Positions 1-9,447 of a stretch of 64,000 nucleotides of DNA are shown in pieces; positions within the stretch are counted from its first letter, which is position 1, and every line of letters begins with the position of its first letter. Origin of the DNA: Candidatus Nomurabacteria bacterium (GTDB lineage Bacteria; Patescibacteriota; Minisyncoccia; Phycocordibacterales; UBA2100); contig CALRHH010000001.1 of assembly GCA_943359395.1 (NCBI GenBank), positions 20,121 through 84,120 of the forward strand, read 5' to 3'. A program made the translations under genes and the position numbers. The notes beneath the pieces are model-generated. The model had not been told where the DNA came from and did not search any database. It saw nothing but the letters and a program-made list of their open reading frames with translations.

Positions 1-117
1 GAAGAGGGGCGGGAGGCTAAGGTCACCGTCATCCGCTACCGCCAAAAGAGCCGCTATTTCAAGAAAAGAGGACATCGCCAATCGTTTGCAAAGATTCGTA
101 TTACGGCGCTATCGTAA
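1..117 (+). CDS. rplU: 50S ribosomal protein L21, 3' end (partial)
   Basis: Frame 1 reads EEGREAKVTVIRYRQKSRYFKKRGHRQSFAKIRITALS*, containing the L21 GHRQ motif; truncated by the window start. Confidence 0.93.
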   Translation, partial: EEGREAKVTVIRYRQKSRYFKKRGHRQSFAKIRITALS

Positions 118-119
118 GT

Positions 120-323
120 ATGGGAGTTGATAAGATCCCAACAATTTCAGGGGTCCCTAATCAATTCTCTCGTGACAAACGAAACCGTCTACCCAATAAC
201 CACGAAATACCTGAAGAAATTCAACGGCCTTCGGTTGTGGAAGCGGTGATACCGACTTCCGAGGAAGTAGAGGATGAGGAAAAGAGGAAAGGGATTGGTA
301 ACATCATCGATAAAAAAGCCTAG
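120..323 (+). CDS. small hypothetical protein
   Basis: 67-aa ORF starting 2 nt after the rplU stop and filling the gap to the convergent recR. Confidence 0.5.
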   Translation: MGVDKIPTISGVPNQFSRDKRNRLPNNHEIPEEIQRPSVVEAVIPTSEEVEDEEKRKGIGNIIDKKA

Positions 324-922
324 CGCCTGCTCTCCAGGGCGTTTTTGATGGTCTCAGTGTCGGCGTATTCGAGCTCGCTTCCAGTCGAGAGTCCGCGACC
401 AAGTGAAGTTACTGTAAGTGATGGAGGGAGAATCTCCATCAGTTTTTCGCGTACTTGAATTGCGGTCGCGTCGCCTTCAGGATTTGCAGGGAATGCAAGA
501 ATTATTTCTTCCAGCCCCGTCTTGATTCGGGACGGAATGGATTCAAGGAGCTGTTTAATGCGCAAACCATTCGTTTTCTCCGATGCCAGCGAGATGGTGC
601 CCCCAAGGACAAAGTAGAATCCGCGATAGATACCACCGCGCTCGAGCGCCGCGATGTCAGCGTCTGCGGCTACAATGGCAAGTAACTTCGGATTCCGTTC
701 AAGATTTGAACACATACTACACATTTTTCCGCTGTTGGAGGAGAATCGCATGCATTGAGTGCATTGCTTCACCGAACCACCAAGTGACTGAAGGAGCTCA
801 ATGAGTTCGCGGCGAGTGGAAGAGGAACCGCGGAGCAGAAATTGGACGAAGCGCTGTGCCTGACGCGGACCGATACCGGGAAATTTCTGAAAGATGGCGG
901 TCAGGCGCTCAATGGTATCCAT
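320..922 (-). CDS. recR: recombination mediator RecR
   Basis: FPGIGPRQAQR HhH, C4 zinc finger, Toprim (ANPEGDATA), ELEYAD motif. Confidence 0.95.
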   Translation of the reverse strand: MDTIERLTAIFQKFPGIGPRQAQRFVQFLLRGSSSTRRELIELLQSLGGSVKQCTQCMRFSSNSGKMCSMCSNLERNPKLLAIVAADADIAALERGGIYRGFYFVLGGTISLASEKTNGLRIKQLLESIPSRIKTGLEEIILAFPANPEGDATAIQVREKLMEILPPSLTVTSLGRGLSTGSELEYADTETIKNALESRR

Positions 923-987
923 ACGCTCGCCATCGTATCATAAGCCTCCGGAAGATAAATTTCTTTAGTTTGTCGCTCACATTCTTG

Positions 988-1031
988 CGCATACATAATA
1001 AAAGTACGGTCGTACTTTTATTATGTATGCG
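988..1031. repeat. 44-bp near-perfect palindrome (21-bp arms, 2-nt centre)
   Basis: CGCATACATAATAAAAGTACG-GT-CGTACTTTTATTATGTATGCG read directly. Confidence 0.9.
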
Positions 1032-1032
1032 G

Positions 1033-2421
1033 TCAAAACGGCGAAGAGCCTGGTTCTACTTCAGCCTCGGAATTAAAATCGCCAAAATCACTTTTATCGA
1101 CGGAGAGGAACGTGGTTTTCTCTTCGTCAAAACGCAGGTCTATCTTTCCCACAGGCCCGTTGCGGTGTTTTTCTATCAATATTTCCGCAATGCCCGGTCG
1201 GTCAGATGCATCATTCATTTTGTCTTCGCGGTGGATAAACATGACCACGTCTGCATCTTGTTCGATGGAACCTGAATCGCGGAGATCAGACAATCGAGGA
1301 CGTCCTCGGCGCTGTTCGACAGCGCGTGAGAGCTGAGAGAGCGCCAAAACGGGCACCTCCAAATCGCGTGCCATAGATTTGAGTGAGCGGGAAATTTCCG
1401 TAACCTGTTGGACGAGATTGTCGCTTCCCCGCGAGTGAGCTGGAGTGATGAGCTGTAGGTAGTCAACGATGATAAGACCAAGATCCTTTTCCATTTTGAG
1501 ACGGCGGGCAACCGAGCGCATGGCTAGAATGGTTGAGGAGGACTTGTCATCGATATAAATCGGCGCTTCAGCCAAAACACCCATACCTTGCTGGAGACGT
1601 TCAAACTCATCTTCGTCTTTTATCTTTCCTGTACGGAGGCGCCATGAATTGACGCCCGCCTGTGCCGCGAGCATGCGGTCGACGAGTTGCTGCGAACTCA
1701 TTTCGAGGGAAAATATGCCGACTGCCGTTCCGTGCTTTGTTGCGGTTTGCCGGGCGATATCCAGTGCAAGTGCGGTTTTACCCATTGAAGGACGTGCGGC
1801 GAGAATGATGAGGTCAGATTTTTGGAAGCCTGCAAGAAGATTGTCAAGTTGCGGAAAGCCGGTCGGAATGCCACGCATGGTACCTTTGTGCTTCTGCAAA
1901 CTCTCGAGACGCTCCCAGGCCTCGGCGAGCTCGTCTTTGATGGTCGTGAAGGTACGGAGCATTGGCGTCTGAGTTACGGAGAAAACCGCAGACTGCGCCT
2001 CGTCGAGAATAACCTCAATATCGCGGTCTTCTTCGAATCCAAGCTCACCAATTTTTGCTGCAGCATCTATAAGGCTGCGAAGAATAAATTTACTTTGTAC
2101 GCCCTGTGCGTAATGCCGCGCACTACCTGGGGACGCCGCGGCCCCAACCATCTCCGAGAGATAACTCGCGCCCCCGACTTCGTTTAGAAGCTTTCTCTCT
2201 TTGAGCTTGCTTGAAAGAGTAACGACGTCTATCGGTTCGCCCTTGGCGAAAAGGGCAAGCATCGCACCGAATATCGTACGGTGCTTGCCCGCATAAAAAG
2301 AATCTACACCAATCAAATCTGCCACCTCGTAAATAGCGTTCTGATTGAGCATCAGGGCGCCCAAGAGTGCGCGTTCCATTTCGATATCTTGGGGAGGGAC
2401 TTTAACGGCTGTGGTTGCCAT
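1033..2421 (-). CDS. dnaB: replicative DNA helicase DnaB
   Basis: AARPSMGKT Walker A, IIVDYLQL, SQLSR, DLRDSGSIEQDAD, KHRNGP. Confidence 0.97.
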   Translation of the reverse strand: MATTAVKVPPQDIEMERALLGALMLNQNAIYEVADLIGVDSFYAGKHRTIFGAMLALFAKGEPIDVVTLSSKLKERKLLNEVGGASYLSEMVGAAASPGSARHYAQGVQSKFILRSLIDAAAKIGELGFEEDRDIEVILDEAQSAVFSVTQTPMLRTFTTIKDELAEAWERLESLQKHKGTMRGIPTGFPQLDNLLAGFQKSDLIILAARPSMGKTALALDIARQTATKHGTAVGIFSLEMSSQQLVDRMLAAQAGVNSWRLRTGKIKDEDEFERLQQGMGVLAEAPIYIDDKSSSTILAMRSVARRLKMEKDLGLIIVDYLQLITPAHSRGSDNLVQQVTEISRSLKSMARDLEVPVLALSQLSRAVEQRRGRPRLSDLRDSGSIEQDADVVMFIHREDKMNDASDRPGIAEILIEKHRNGPVGKIDLRFDEEKTTFLSVDKSDFGDFNSEAEVEPGSSPF

Positions 2422-2453
2422 GAGATCATCCTAGCATTCCGTCTTTCTGAGTA

Positions 2454-2638
2454 GAGCCTCCAGGTGAGTGCCGTATATGTGCCTTATATGTGGACAACGG
2501 GGGTCGGTCGGCATAAACCTCTCGCATCGGCCTTCAGCCGACACTCGACTCGCCTGCGGCGGCACACTCTCGTGTGGGGTCATCCCCCAAGGGGACTGCG
2601 ATTTGTAGCTACGCTAGACGTAGACAAATCGGGAGCTT
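2454..2638 (+). other. structured intergenic element (candidate ncRNA or miniature element)
   Basis: Multiple helices: CAGGTGAGT/ACTCGCCTG, GTCGGC/GCCGAC, CACAC/GTGTG, TCCCC/GGGGA, CGATTTGT/ACAAATCG. Confidence 0.4.
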
Positions 2639-2665
2639 GACTATTACCCGTATATTTGATACAAC
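2637..2665 (+). promoter_or_regulatory. sigma70-like promoter
   Basis: TTGACT-17 nt-TACAAC about 40 nt upstream of ATG 2706. Confidence 0.55.
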
Positions 2666-2705
2666 GAAGCCACAGGAATCAAATATAGTCAATAACCAAG
2701 CATTT

Positions 2706-3728
2706 ATGCTATCTTTTCAGCCAAAATTGGTCACTAAAGAGCTCCTCTCTGGTCTGCCTGAGCGCTCTCGCCGCGTCCTTACAGACCGATTTGGGCTTGC
2801 GGGAAAGGGCGAGCGCAAGACGCTGGACGCCATAGGACAAGAGTATGGAATAACTCGCGAGCGCATCCGCCAAATAGAGAACCACAGCATCTCAGCCGTG
2901 CGCGATTCCGACGCGTACGTTGCTCTCACGCAACATTTGGAAAATCTCAAAGAGGCCGTCGCCGCTCTGGGCGCTTTTCTTTCGGAAGAGACTGTTCTGC
3001 GGGAGCTTGGCAAGAGTGACACGGATCGCAACCATCTCGTTTTTCTACTCACTGTAGGACATCAATTTGAGGACCGTCGCGAGGATAACGACTTTAGGGC
3101 TCGCTGGCATGTCGATGAACAGCTTGCAGAACAAATTGAGAATGCACTTTCTACTCTCTACGAATCTATTGAGCCTAATAAGCTCACTCCAGAGGAAGAA
3201 TTCTTGGAGCTTTTCGCAAAACATCTCAAACAAGCTGGCGTGAAAAATCGTACCAACGAGGTTCTTCCTCGGTGGCTTATGGTGTCGAAGCGGATTGGAA
3301 GAAATCCCCTCGGCGAGTGGGGCCGACAGGATTCCCCGCACGTCCGCATCAAGAATACACGCGATTTTGCTTACCTCACGCTCAAGCGCCACGGCTCCCC
3401 AATGCACTTCACTGAGGTCGCAAAAAACATAGAAAAGCTCTTTGGCCGCAAGACTCACCCAGCAACGACTCACAACGAACTCATCAAAGACGGACGATTC
3501 GTCCTCGTTGGTCGCGGACTCTATGCACTCAAGGAGTGGGGTTACGAGCCAGGTGTCGTGCGTGACGTAATCGCCGGAATACTAGAGCGCGAAGGCCCTC
3601 TTACACGAGATGAAATCATTGAGCGGGTAAAGCGCGAGCGGTATGTCAAAGATGCGACTATCGCAGTGAACTTGCAGAATGCAATGTTTACTCGCTTGCC
3701 TGAGGGTAAGTACTCTCTAACGAAGTAA
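2706..3728 (+). CDS. sigma-70 region-4 HTH protein with C-terminal RNA polymerase delta/HARE-HTH-like winged-helix domains
   Basis: TLDAIGQEYGITRERIRQIE (sigma region 4.2); PMHFTEVA...HNELIKDGRFVLVGRGLYALKEW (delta/HARE-HTH-like); start moved to ATG 2706. Confidence 0.75.
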   Translation: MLSFQPKLVTKELLSGLPERSRRVLTDRFGLAGKGERKTLDAIGQEYGITRERIRQIENHSISAVRDSDAYVALTQHLENLKEAVAALGAFLSEETVLRELGKSDTDRNHLVFLLTVGHQFEDRREDNDFRARWHVDEQLAEQIENALSTLYESIEPNKLTPEEEFLELFAKHLKQAGVKNRTNEVLPRWLMVSKRIGRNPLGEWGRQDSPHVRIKNTRDFAYLTLKRHGSPMHFTEVAKNIEKLFGRKTHPATTHNELIKDGRFVLVGRGLYALKEWGYEPGVVRDVIAGILEREGPLTRDEIIERVKRERYVKDATIAVNLQNAMFTRLPEGKYSLTK

Positions 3729-3740
3729 CGGCAATTGCCA

Positions 3741-3774
3741 AACAAAAGAGCTTCCCGATGGGAGCTCTTTTGTT
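3741..3774. terminator. intrinsic terminator, probably bidirectional
   Basis: AACAAAAGAGCTTCCC-GAT-GGGAGCTCTTTTGTT hairpin after the stop codon. Confidence 0.8.
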
Positions 3775-3832
3775 ATCAGCGCCAGTGTTGATATCACGAC
3801 GATTTCGTGTCGGTTAATGCTACAATTTCTCG

Positions 3833-5257
3833 GTGATGGATGAATTTGAGCAAAAGGGGATTATCACCTCGGGCGACTTGCGTGCTTCTATTAGTGCCGT
3901 TACGAGTTTCGACATGCATGGGTTTGTCGACGGGTACATGGGCGGCTACTGGGGCATCTCGCGTTGTCTTGTTTTAAGCATCTTCTTTTGGGGCTTGTTC
4001 GCTGTGATGTGGGGCATGGTGCCAAGCTTGCCGCTCTTTGCCTTTGGGTGGCTCTTGGGAACGGCGCCCATCTGGCTCCCCGTCGCGGCACTCATAACGG
4101 CGTGGAAGGTGTGGGTGTGGTATGCGCATGCGGGATACATTTTCACTCGCGACTCCGTTCTTCTTGAAGTAAAAATGCCCCGGGATGTCACACGTTCACC
4201 ACGAGCCATGGAGAACGCTCTCTCCAAGCTTTGGACAGACTCTGGGGAGACAACTTTCCTAAATAGAATTTGGCAAGGCCAGGTGCGCCCTTACTTTTCA
4301 TTCGAGATAGCTTCTTTTGGCGGACAAATTCACTTTTATATCTGGTGCTGGCGCGCATGGCGACCGAATGTCGAGGCGATGATGTACGCATACTACCCAG
4401 AAGTCGAGATGGTGGAGGCGGAAGATTACGCGTCGAAATTCAGATTTGATCCCGAAACGCAGGACGCGTTTCCCACCGATTGGCGCTACGAGCCGCGCAA
4501 TGACGCGTACCCTATCCGTACCTACATCGAATTCGAACTAGACAAAGACCCTAAGGAGGAATACAAGATAGATCCACTTTCTGAAATATTAGAGAGGATG
4601 AGTATTCTTAAGCCCACGGAGCAGATGTGGATACAAATCATCATTACTCAGAGTCGAGATAAACGTCGCAAGAAAGGCGGTACGTGGCTTCAGCTCGAAG
4701 ATCGTTTCGTTGGTATGGTCAAGGAGGAAATCGACGCGCTGCGAAAGGAGACCGTCGGAAAGGGGGCTGATCCGAATCCTGATAATCCCGAGCGTTGGAA
4801 GTCGTTCGCGCGCGTACCGATGTATCGCTACACGGAGGTTATAAAGGCGATGGACCGCAATATGGGGAAGCATATATTTAATGTGGGTATGCGGGGTGTG
4901 TATATTGCCGATTCGAAGGACTTCAGTGCACCTGGATACACGGGTATCCGTTGGATATGGCGACCTGTTGGAAATCCGCAGTACATGAACCAGCTGCGCC
5001 CGCGTCGTTGGGGCAACCCATTCGACTGGCCGTGGCAAGACTTCAACAACATGCGTTGGAACCTTATGGTGCGACGCTACTTCGACACATATCGGCGCCG
5101 CTCTCATTTCTATGCTCCCTATCTCATGCCGCACAACATGATGTCTACAGAAGTGCTTGCCACCATATGGCATCCACCAAGTGCTGCAATCGGAGCTCCC
5201 GGTATTGCACGCATCCCTGCGAAGAAGGCGGAACCGCCGGCCAATTTGCCCAAGTAA
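3833..5257 (+). CDS. conserved membrane-anchored hypothetical protein, resembling the N-terminal region of CPR TraG/VirD4-associated proteins
   Basis: N-terminal TM segments; LLEVKMP, FSFEIAS, YPIRTY..F, DPLS, E.LATIWHPP and EPPANLP motifs as I recall them from a CPR family. Confidence 0.55.
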   Translation: MMDEFEQKGIITSGDLRASISAVTSFDMHGFVDGYMGGYWGISRCLVLSIFFWGLFAVMWGMVPSLPLFAFGWLLGTAPIWLPVAALITAWKVWVWYAHAGYIFTRDSVLLEVKMPRDVTRSPRAMENALSKLWTDSGETTFLNRIWQGQVRPYFSFEIASFGGQIHFYIWCWRAWRPNVEAMMYAYYPEVEMVEAEDYASKFRFDPETQDAFPTDWRYEPRNDAYPIRTYIEFELDKDPKEEYKIDPLSEILERMSILKPTEQMWIQIIITQSRDKRRKKGGTWLQLEDRFVGMVKEEIDALRKETVGKGADPNPDNPERWKSFARVPMYRYTEVIKAMDRNMGKHIFNVGMRGVYIADSKDFSAPGYTGIRWIWRPVGNPQYMNQLRPRRWGNPFDWPWQDFNNMRWNLMVRRYFDTYRRRSHFYAPYLMPHNMMSTEVLATIWHPPSAAIGAPGIARIPAKKAEPPANLPK

Positions 5258-5286
5258 GGTTTTCGTGCCTAAGTAAAGCATATATT

Positions 5287-6324
5287 ATGCCCGAGTCTGA
5301 ACGACTTCTTGAAAAAATATTTGAAAGAGGACATGCTCTTCTTGAGAATCTCTCCGACCGTTGGGATTTGAATGTAAATCGTCGGACCGTCATAATTCTT
5401 CTCCTCGCAGGTGCCCTCGCGACCTTTCTCTACATCGACGTTATTCAGCCGCCAGCTAATTTTCCCTTGAATGAGCTCGTGGCCGTCTCAGGCGGACAAT
5501 CGTTGGCTGAAATCGCCGACACTCTCGAACAGGGTAACGTGGTCCGTTCCTCATTTGCCCTAAGAACCGTAATCAAGCTCATGGGCAACGAACGCAGAGT
5601 CCATGCGGGGGATTACATTTTTAAAGAGCCTCAAGATATCTTCAGCATTGCACACACTCTTGCTATTGGTGCATACGGGCTCGAACCCACGCGTGTCCGG
5701 GTCAACGAAGGGGCAACGACGTATGAGATGGCGACACTCTTCAAGGAGCGGTTTGAACGATTTGATGCAGAGAATTTTTTAGCCCAAACAAAGCTGCAAG
5801 AGGGATACCTGTTTCCTGATACCTATTTCTTTTTACCGAATGTTACCGAAGACACGGTGATTCAGGCCATGCGACAAAATTTTGATAGCAAAATTGCAGA
5901 GCTCGCGCCTCAGATTGCAAGCTCCACGCACTCGCTTTCCGATATCGTGATCATGGCGTCACTCATAGAGCGAGAGGCACACAACAGCGTCGACCGTCGG
6001 AAAATATCCGGAGTTTTGTGGAATCGGCTTGAGCGCAACATGTTGCTCCAAGTCGATGTGGCGTTTCTCTACACGATAGGAAAGGGGACCTACCAGCTCA
6101 CGGTAAAGGACCTCGCCAGTGATTCCCCCTACAACACATATAAGAACAAAGGCTTGCCGCCCACAGCTATCGGGAGCCCCTCGCTCGATTCCTTGAGGGC
6201 CGCGGTCGACCCCATCGAAAGTGATAATCTCTTCTATCTTGCCGACCGCAGTGGCGTAACATACTTTAGCAAGACGTATGCGGAACACCTTCGCAAGAAA
6301 AATTTGTATATTGGTAACTACTGA
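5287..6324 (+). CDS. mltG: endolytic transglycosylase MltG
   Basis: EGYLFPDTY, MASLIERE, SPYNTY, GLPPTAIGSP; single N-terminal TM; start at ATG 5287. Confidence 0.93.
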   Translation: MPESERLLEKIFERGHALLENLSDRWDLNVNRRTVIILLLAGALATFLYIDVIQPPANFPLNELVAVSGGQSLAEIADTLEQGNVVRSSFALRTVIKLMGNERRVHAGDYIFKEPQDIFSIAHTLAIGAYGLEPTRVRVNEGATTYEMATLFKERFERFDAENFLAQTKLQEGYLFPDTYFFLPNVTEDTVIQAMRQNFDSKIAELAPQIASSTHSLSDIVIMASLIEREAHNSVDRRKISGVLWNRLERNMLLQVDVAFLYTIGKGTYQLTVKDLASDSPYNTYKNKGLPPTAIGSPSLDSLRAAVDPIESDNLFYLADRSGVTYFSKTYAEHLRKKNLYIGNY

Positions 6325-6349
6325 ACATCAGTAATGGTATTGTTGCCGT

Positions 6350-7429
6350 ATGAGGCAAGAGATATACGTAGGATTGTCAGGCGGTGTAGACAGTGCAGTT
6401 TCCGCGGCACTTCTAAAGGAACAGGGATATGACGTTGTTGGTGCATTCATCAAAATATGGCAGCCTGAATTTATTGAATGCACGTGGCGGGAAGAAAGAC
6501 TTGACGCAATGCGCGTATGCGCCGCCATCGGGATACCGTTCCGCGAAGTTGACTTCTCTCAGGAGTACAAGACGGAAGTGGTCGAGCGGATGGTCCGCGA
6601 TTATGCGCGCGGAGTCACTCCAAATCCCGACGTATTATGTAATCTACGCATAAAATTTGGTTCGTTTGCGCAGTGGGCGAAACGGGAAGGGGCCCACGGA
6701 ATAGCGACGGGGCACTACGCGCGTAAGAGGGAAGTCGGGGGCCACATGGAGCTCCTGCGTGCGCATGACCTTGCGAAAGACCAGTCGTATTTCCTCTACC
6801 GCATGACGCAGCTGGACCTCGCGCGCACCATGTTTCCGATTGGAGGAATGCTGAAGTCTGAAGTCCGTGCACTCGCCCATAAATTCAATTTACCAATAGC
6901 ACAGAAACCGGACAGCCAAGGATTGTGTTTTGTCGGAGAAGTCTCGATGGTAGATTTCCTTAAACGATTTATCCCCCTCTCCCCAGGAGTAGTTCTCTGT
7001 GGAGGAAAGGTCGTGGGTGAGCACGAAGGGGCGCCACTCTATACGATAGGTCAGCGGCATGGATTTTCGGTGTCGCAAGACTCGGCATCCCATCCGTACT
7101 ACGTAGTGGGTACTGATACCATTCAAAACCGTATCTATGTTTCTGCCCATCGGCAAGACGCGGAGCGTTCCGCCGTGACGCTTACCGATATCCACTGGGT
7201 ATACCGCGAACCAAAAATTCCACATTCTGTACAAGCACAAGCCCGCTATCACGAACGGACGGTGGGCGCGACGATTACGAAAGACGACAATACTTTCGCT
7301 GCCACATTCGACCGTCCGCACATGGCGTCTCCCGGTCAATCTCTCGTCTTCTACGCGTCGAGTTCATCCACGCAAGTCGAGGTTCCTCACGAAGACGATG
7401 TTTGTGTCGGAGGAGGCCTTATAAGATGA
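6350..7429 (+). CDS. mnmA: tRNA 2-thiouridylase MnmA
   Basis: SGGVDS, TPNPDVLCN, IATGHY, KDQSYFL, DSQGLCF. Confidence 0.97.
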   Translation: MRQEIYVGLSGGVDSAVSAALLKEQGYDVVGAFIKIWQPEFIECTWREERLDAMRVCAAIGIPFREVDFSQEYKTEVVERMVRDYARGVTPNPDVLCNLRIKFGSFAQWAKREGAHGIATGHYARKREVGGHMELLRAHDLAKDQSYFLYRMTQLDLARTMFPIGGMLKSEVRALAHKFNLPIAQKPDSQGLCFVGEVSMVDFLKRFIPLSPGVVLCGGKVVGEHEGAPLYTIGQRHGFSVSQDSASHPYYVVGTDTIQNRIYVSAHRQDAERSAVTLTDIHWVYREPKIPHSVQAQARYHERTVGATITKDDNTFAATFDRPHMASPGQSLVFYASSSSTQVEVPHEDDVCVGGGLIR

Positions 7430-7513
7430 TATTTGAAGGGAGGGTGCCAATTCACAAAATGGTTCATGTGGAGGCTCTTGAAGTGATGCGGGAGGCTATA
7501 CTGTAATGATTAT

Positions 7514-7933
7514 ATGGGCGCCATACTGTCACGCTTCCTGTGGTTCTTCGTGGTGGCAAGTCTTCTCTCGTATTCGACATTCCTCGTAGTGGGAAATATT
7601 GCAAACGCTCACGCCACGGGGAAGAATCTCCCCGTCGTTATCCGTGACGAGCTGGGTGTGGGCGTGCATCATTTATCGGGCATGGTCATGGTGGCCACGT
7701 CATGTGATCAGGTGTCCGTGCGTACCGAGGCGATTTCGGACACTACATTCGCACTCGTCTTTCGCACATGGCGCGAGCCGTCCGCCAAGTGTGCTCTCGA
7801 AGAAACACCCCGATACTTCCGAGCGATCCTTTTTGCACCTTCGGCGGGTGTTGAATTTGTGGCAACTCTCGATGATGTCAGTTTTCCTATAGTAGTTGCG
7901 CCTAATCTATCGAATCGGATTATTTTTGAATGA
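7514..7933 (+). CDS. hypothetical exported/membrane-anchored protein
   Basis: N-terminal hydrophobic helix, two Cys, upstream TATACT. Confidence 0.65.
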   Translation: MGAILSRFLWFFVVASLLSYSTFLVVGNIANAHATGKNLPVVIRDELGVGVHHLSGMVMVATSCDQVSVRTEAISDTTFALVFRTWREPSAKCALEETPRYFRAILFAPSAGVEFVATLDDVSFPIVVAPNLSNRIIFE

Positions 7934-8011
7934 TTGTTTTCTATGTCACATATCACACATCACCCGCATATCACTCCGCCTTCCAGAACAACCACGGCTC
8001 ACTCTCGGCAT

Positions 8012-8827
8012 ATGCTTATTACCAAGGCCGATGGTGAAAAAGAATCATTTGATCCTGCAAAACTCGAACACTCACTCGCCCTCTCGGGAGCGTCTTCCAC
8101 CATGCGGGCGAAGGTTTTAGCTCACGTCATGCACGAACTAAAAGACGGCATGATGACGGAAGAGATTTACCGCCGCGCATTTGAGATACTACGTCGCGAA
8201 GAGGTGACGCCTGTTGCAGCGCGCTATTCCATCAAACGTGCCGTTTTTGCGCTCGGTCCTTCAGGATTTCCCTTTGAGCAATTCCTTGCTGAGGTATTCA
8301 GGGGACACGGTTGGAAGGCACAAACGGGCGTGGCACTCAATGGACGATGCGCTCCGCACGAAGTTGATGTGCTTGCGGAAAAAAACGGCAAACGCATCGG
8401 AATTGAAGCAAAATTTCATAATGACCCGGGAGGGAAAACTGACATAAAAGACGCTCTTTATGTGCATGCGCGCTACGAAGATTTACGCAACACGCCCGAA
8501 GCGTCGTCACGGGTGGACGAGGGTTGGCTTGTCACGAATACCCGCTTTACACGCAACGCCATTAGATATGCTCAATGTTCAGGACTCTCGCTTGTGGGCT
8601 GGGATTACCCGCGTACCCGTAATTTGCTAACTTTGATTGAGGAAGCACGTGTCCATCCGCTCACATGCCTCACGACACTTACTGAGACCGAAAAACGCAG
8701 ATTTTTGGACCAGAAGATAGTACTCTGTAAGGACATGGGGGCCCCGCACCTCCTCAAGGAGTTCGGGGTGAAGCCCGAACGCGTTGCGGGAGTTGTACAA
8801 GAAGCTAAGCAGCTCTGTGGCGTGTAA
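8012..8827 (+). CDS. ATP-cone domain / Mrr-like restriction endonuclease domain protein
   Basis: MLITKADGEKESFDPAKL (ATP-cone); GFPFEQF..EVDV..IEAKFH (PD-(D/E)XK, Mrr-like); LVTNTRFT. Confidence 0.8.
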   Translation: MLITKADGEKESFDPAKLEHSLALSGASSTMRAKVLAHVMHELKDGMMTEEIYRRAFEILRREEVTPVAARYSIKRAVFALGPSGFPFEQFLAEVFRGHGWKAQTGVALNGRCAPHEVDVLAEKNGKRIGIEAKFHNDPGGKTDIKDALYVHARYEDLRNTPEASSRVDEGWLVTNTRFTRNAIRYAQCSGLSLVGWDYPRTRNLLTLIEEARVHPLTCLTTLTETEKRRFLDQKIVLCKDMGAPHLLKEFGVKPERVAGVVQEAKQLCGV

Positions 8828-8856
8828 ATCTTTCTCAAATATCGTATACTGCAGCC

Positions 8857-9354
8857 ATGCTCGATCCCGCACTCTTCATGGATCCCACGATCGTCTTGTT
8901 TGCAAAGTTACTCTTGGCGATGCTCCTCGGCGGTATTATAGGTACGGAGCGAGCAGTTCTCGCAAAGCAGTCTGCGGGCACGCGAACATTCGGCCTCGTA
9001 TCTTTGGGAGCGTGTCTTTTCATTATTACGGGAAATTTCGTCGATACTGCCTACCTCAGTGTTCTTAATTCCGACCCCATGCGCACCGCCGCAGCAATTA
9101 TTATGGGTATAGGGTTCCTCGGGGGAGGGATAATCGTATTTCGCGGGGATACGGTGCACGGTACGACAACTGCCGCTGGTCTCTGGATAGCAGCCGGAGT
9201 CGGTATCGCGGTTGGCTTTGGAATGTATGCGATCGCTATCTTCACTACCACCCTTTCGCTTCTGATGTTTACGGGTATGTGGTATTTGGAAAATCGTTTC
9301 AAACACTGGTTTACCGAGCACGGACCTGATATGCGGGGAAGTGATGCGGCGTAG
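8857..9354 (+). CDS. MgtC/SapB family membrane protein
   Basis: IGTER...AGTRTF, GIGFLGGG, GTTTAAGLW. Confidence 0.92.
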   Translation: MLDPALFMDPTIVLFAKLLLAMLLGGIIGTERAVLAKQSAGTRTFGLVSLGACLFIITGNFVDTAYLSVLNSDPMRTAAAIIMGIGFLGGGIIVFRGDTVHGTTTAAGLWIAAGVGIAVGFGMYAIAIFTTTLSLLMFTGMWYLENRFKHWFTEHGPDMRGSDAA

Positions 9355-9374
9355 CTCCAGAGGGGAATGATATA

Positions 9375-9435
9375 TCCCGTGAGATAGTGCCTCTCGCGCA
9401 GTGTTCGCTAACTCGAACCTTGTTATCTCACGGGG
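9375..9435. mobile_element. miniature inverted-repeat element, copy 1 (61 bp, TATA duplication)
   Basis: TATA|TCCCGTGAGATA...TATCTCACGGGG|TATA. Confidence 0.75.
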
Positions 9436-9447
9436 TATACTGCTCGA

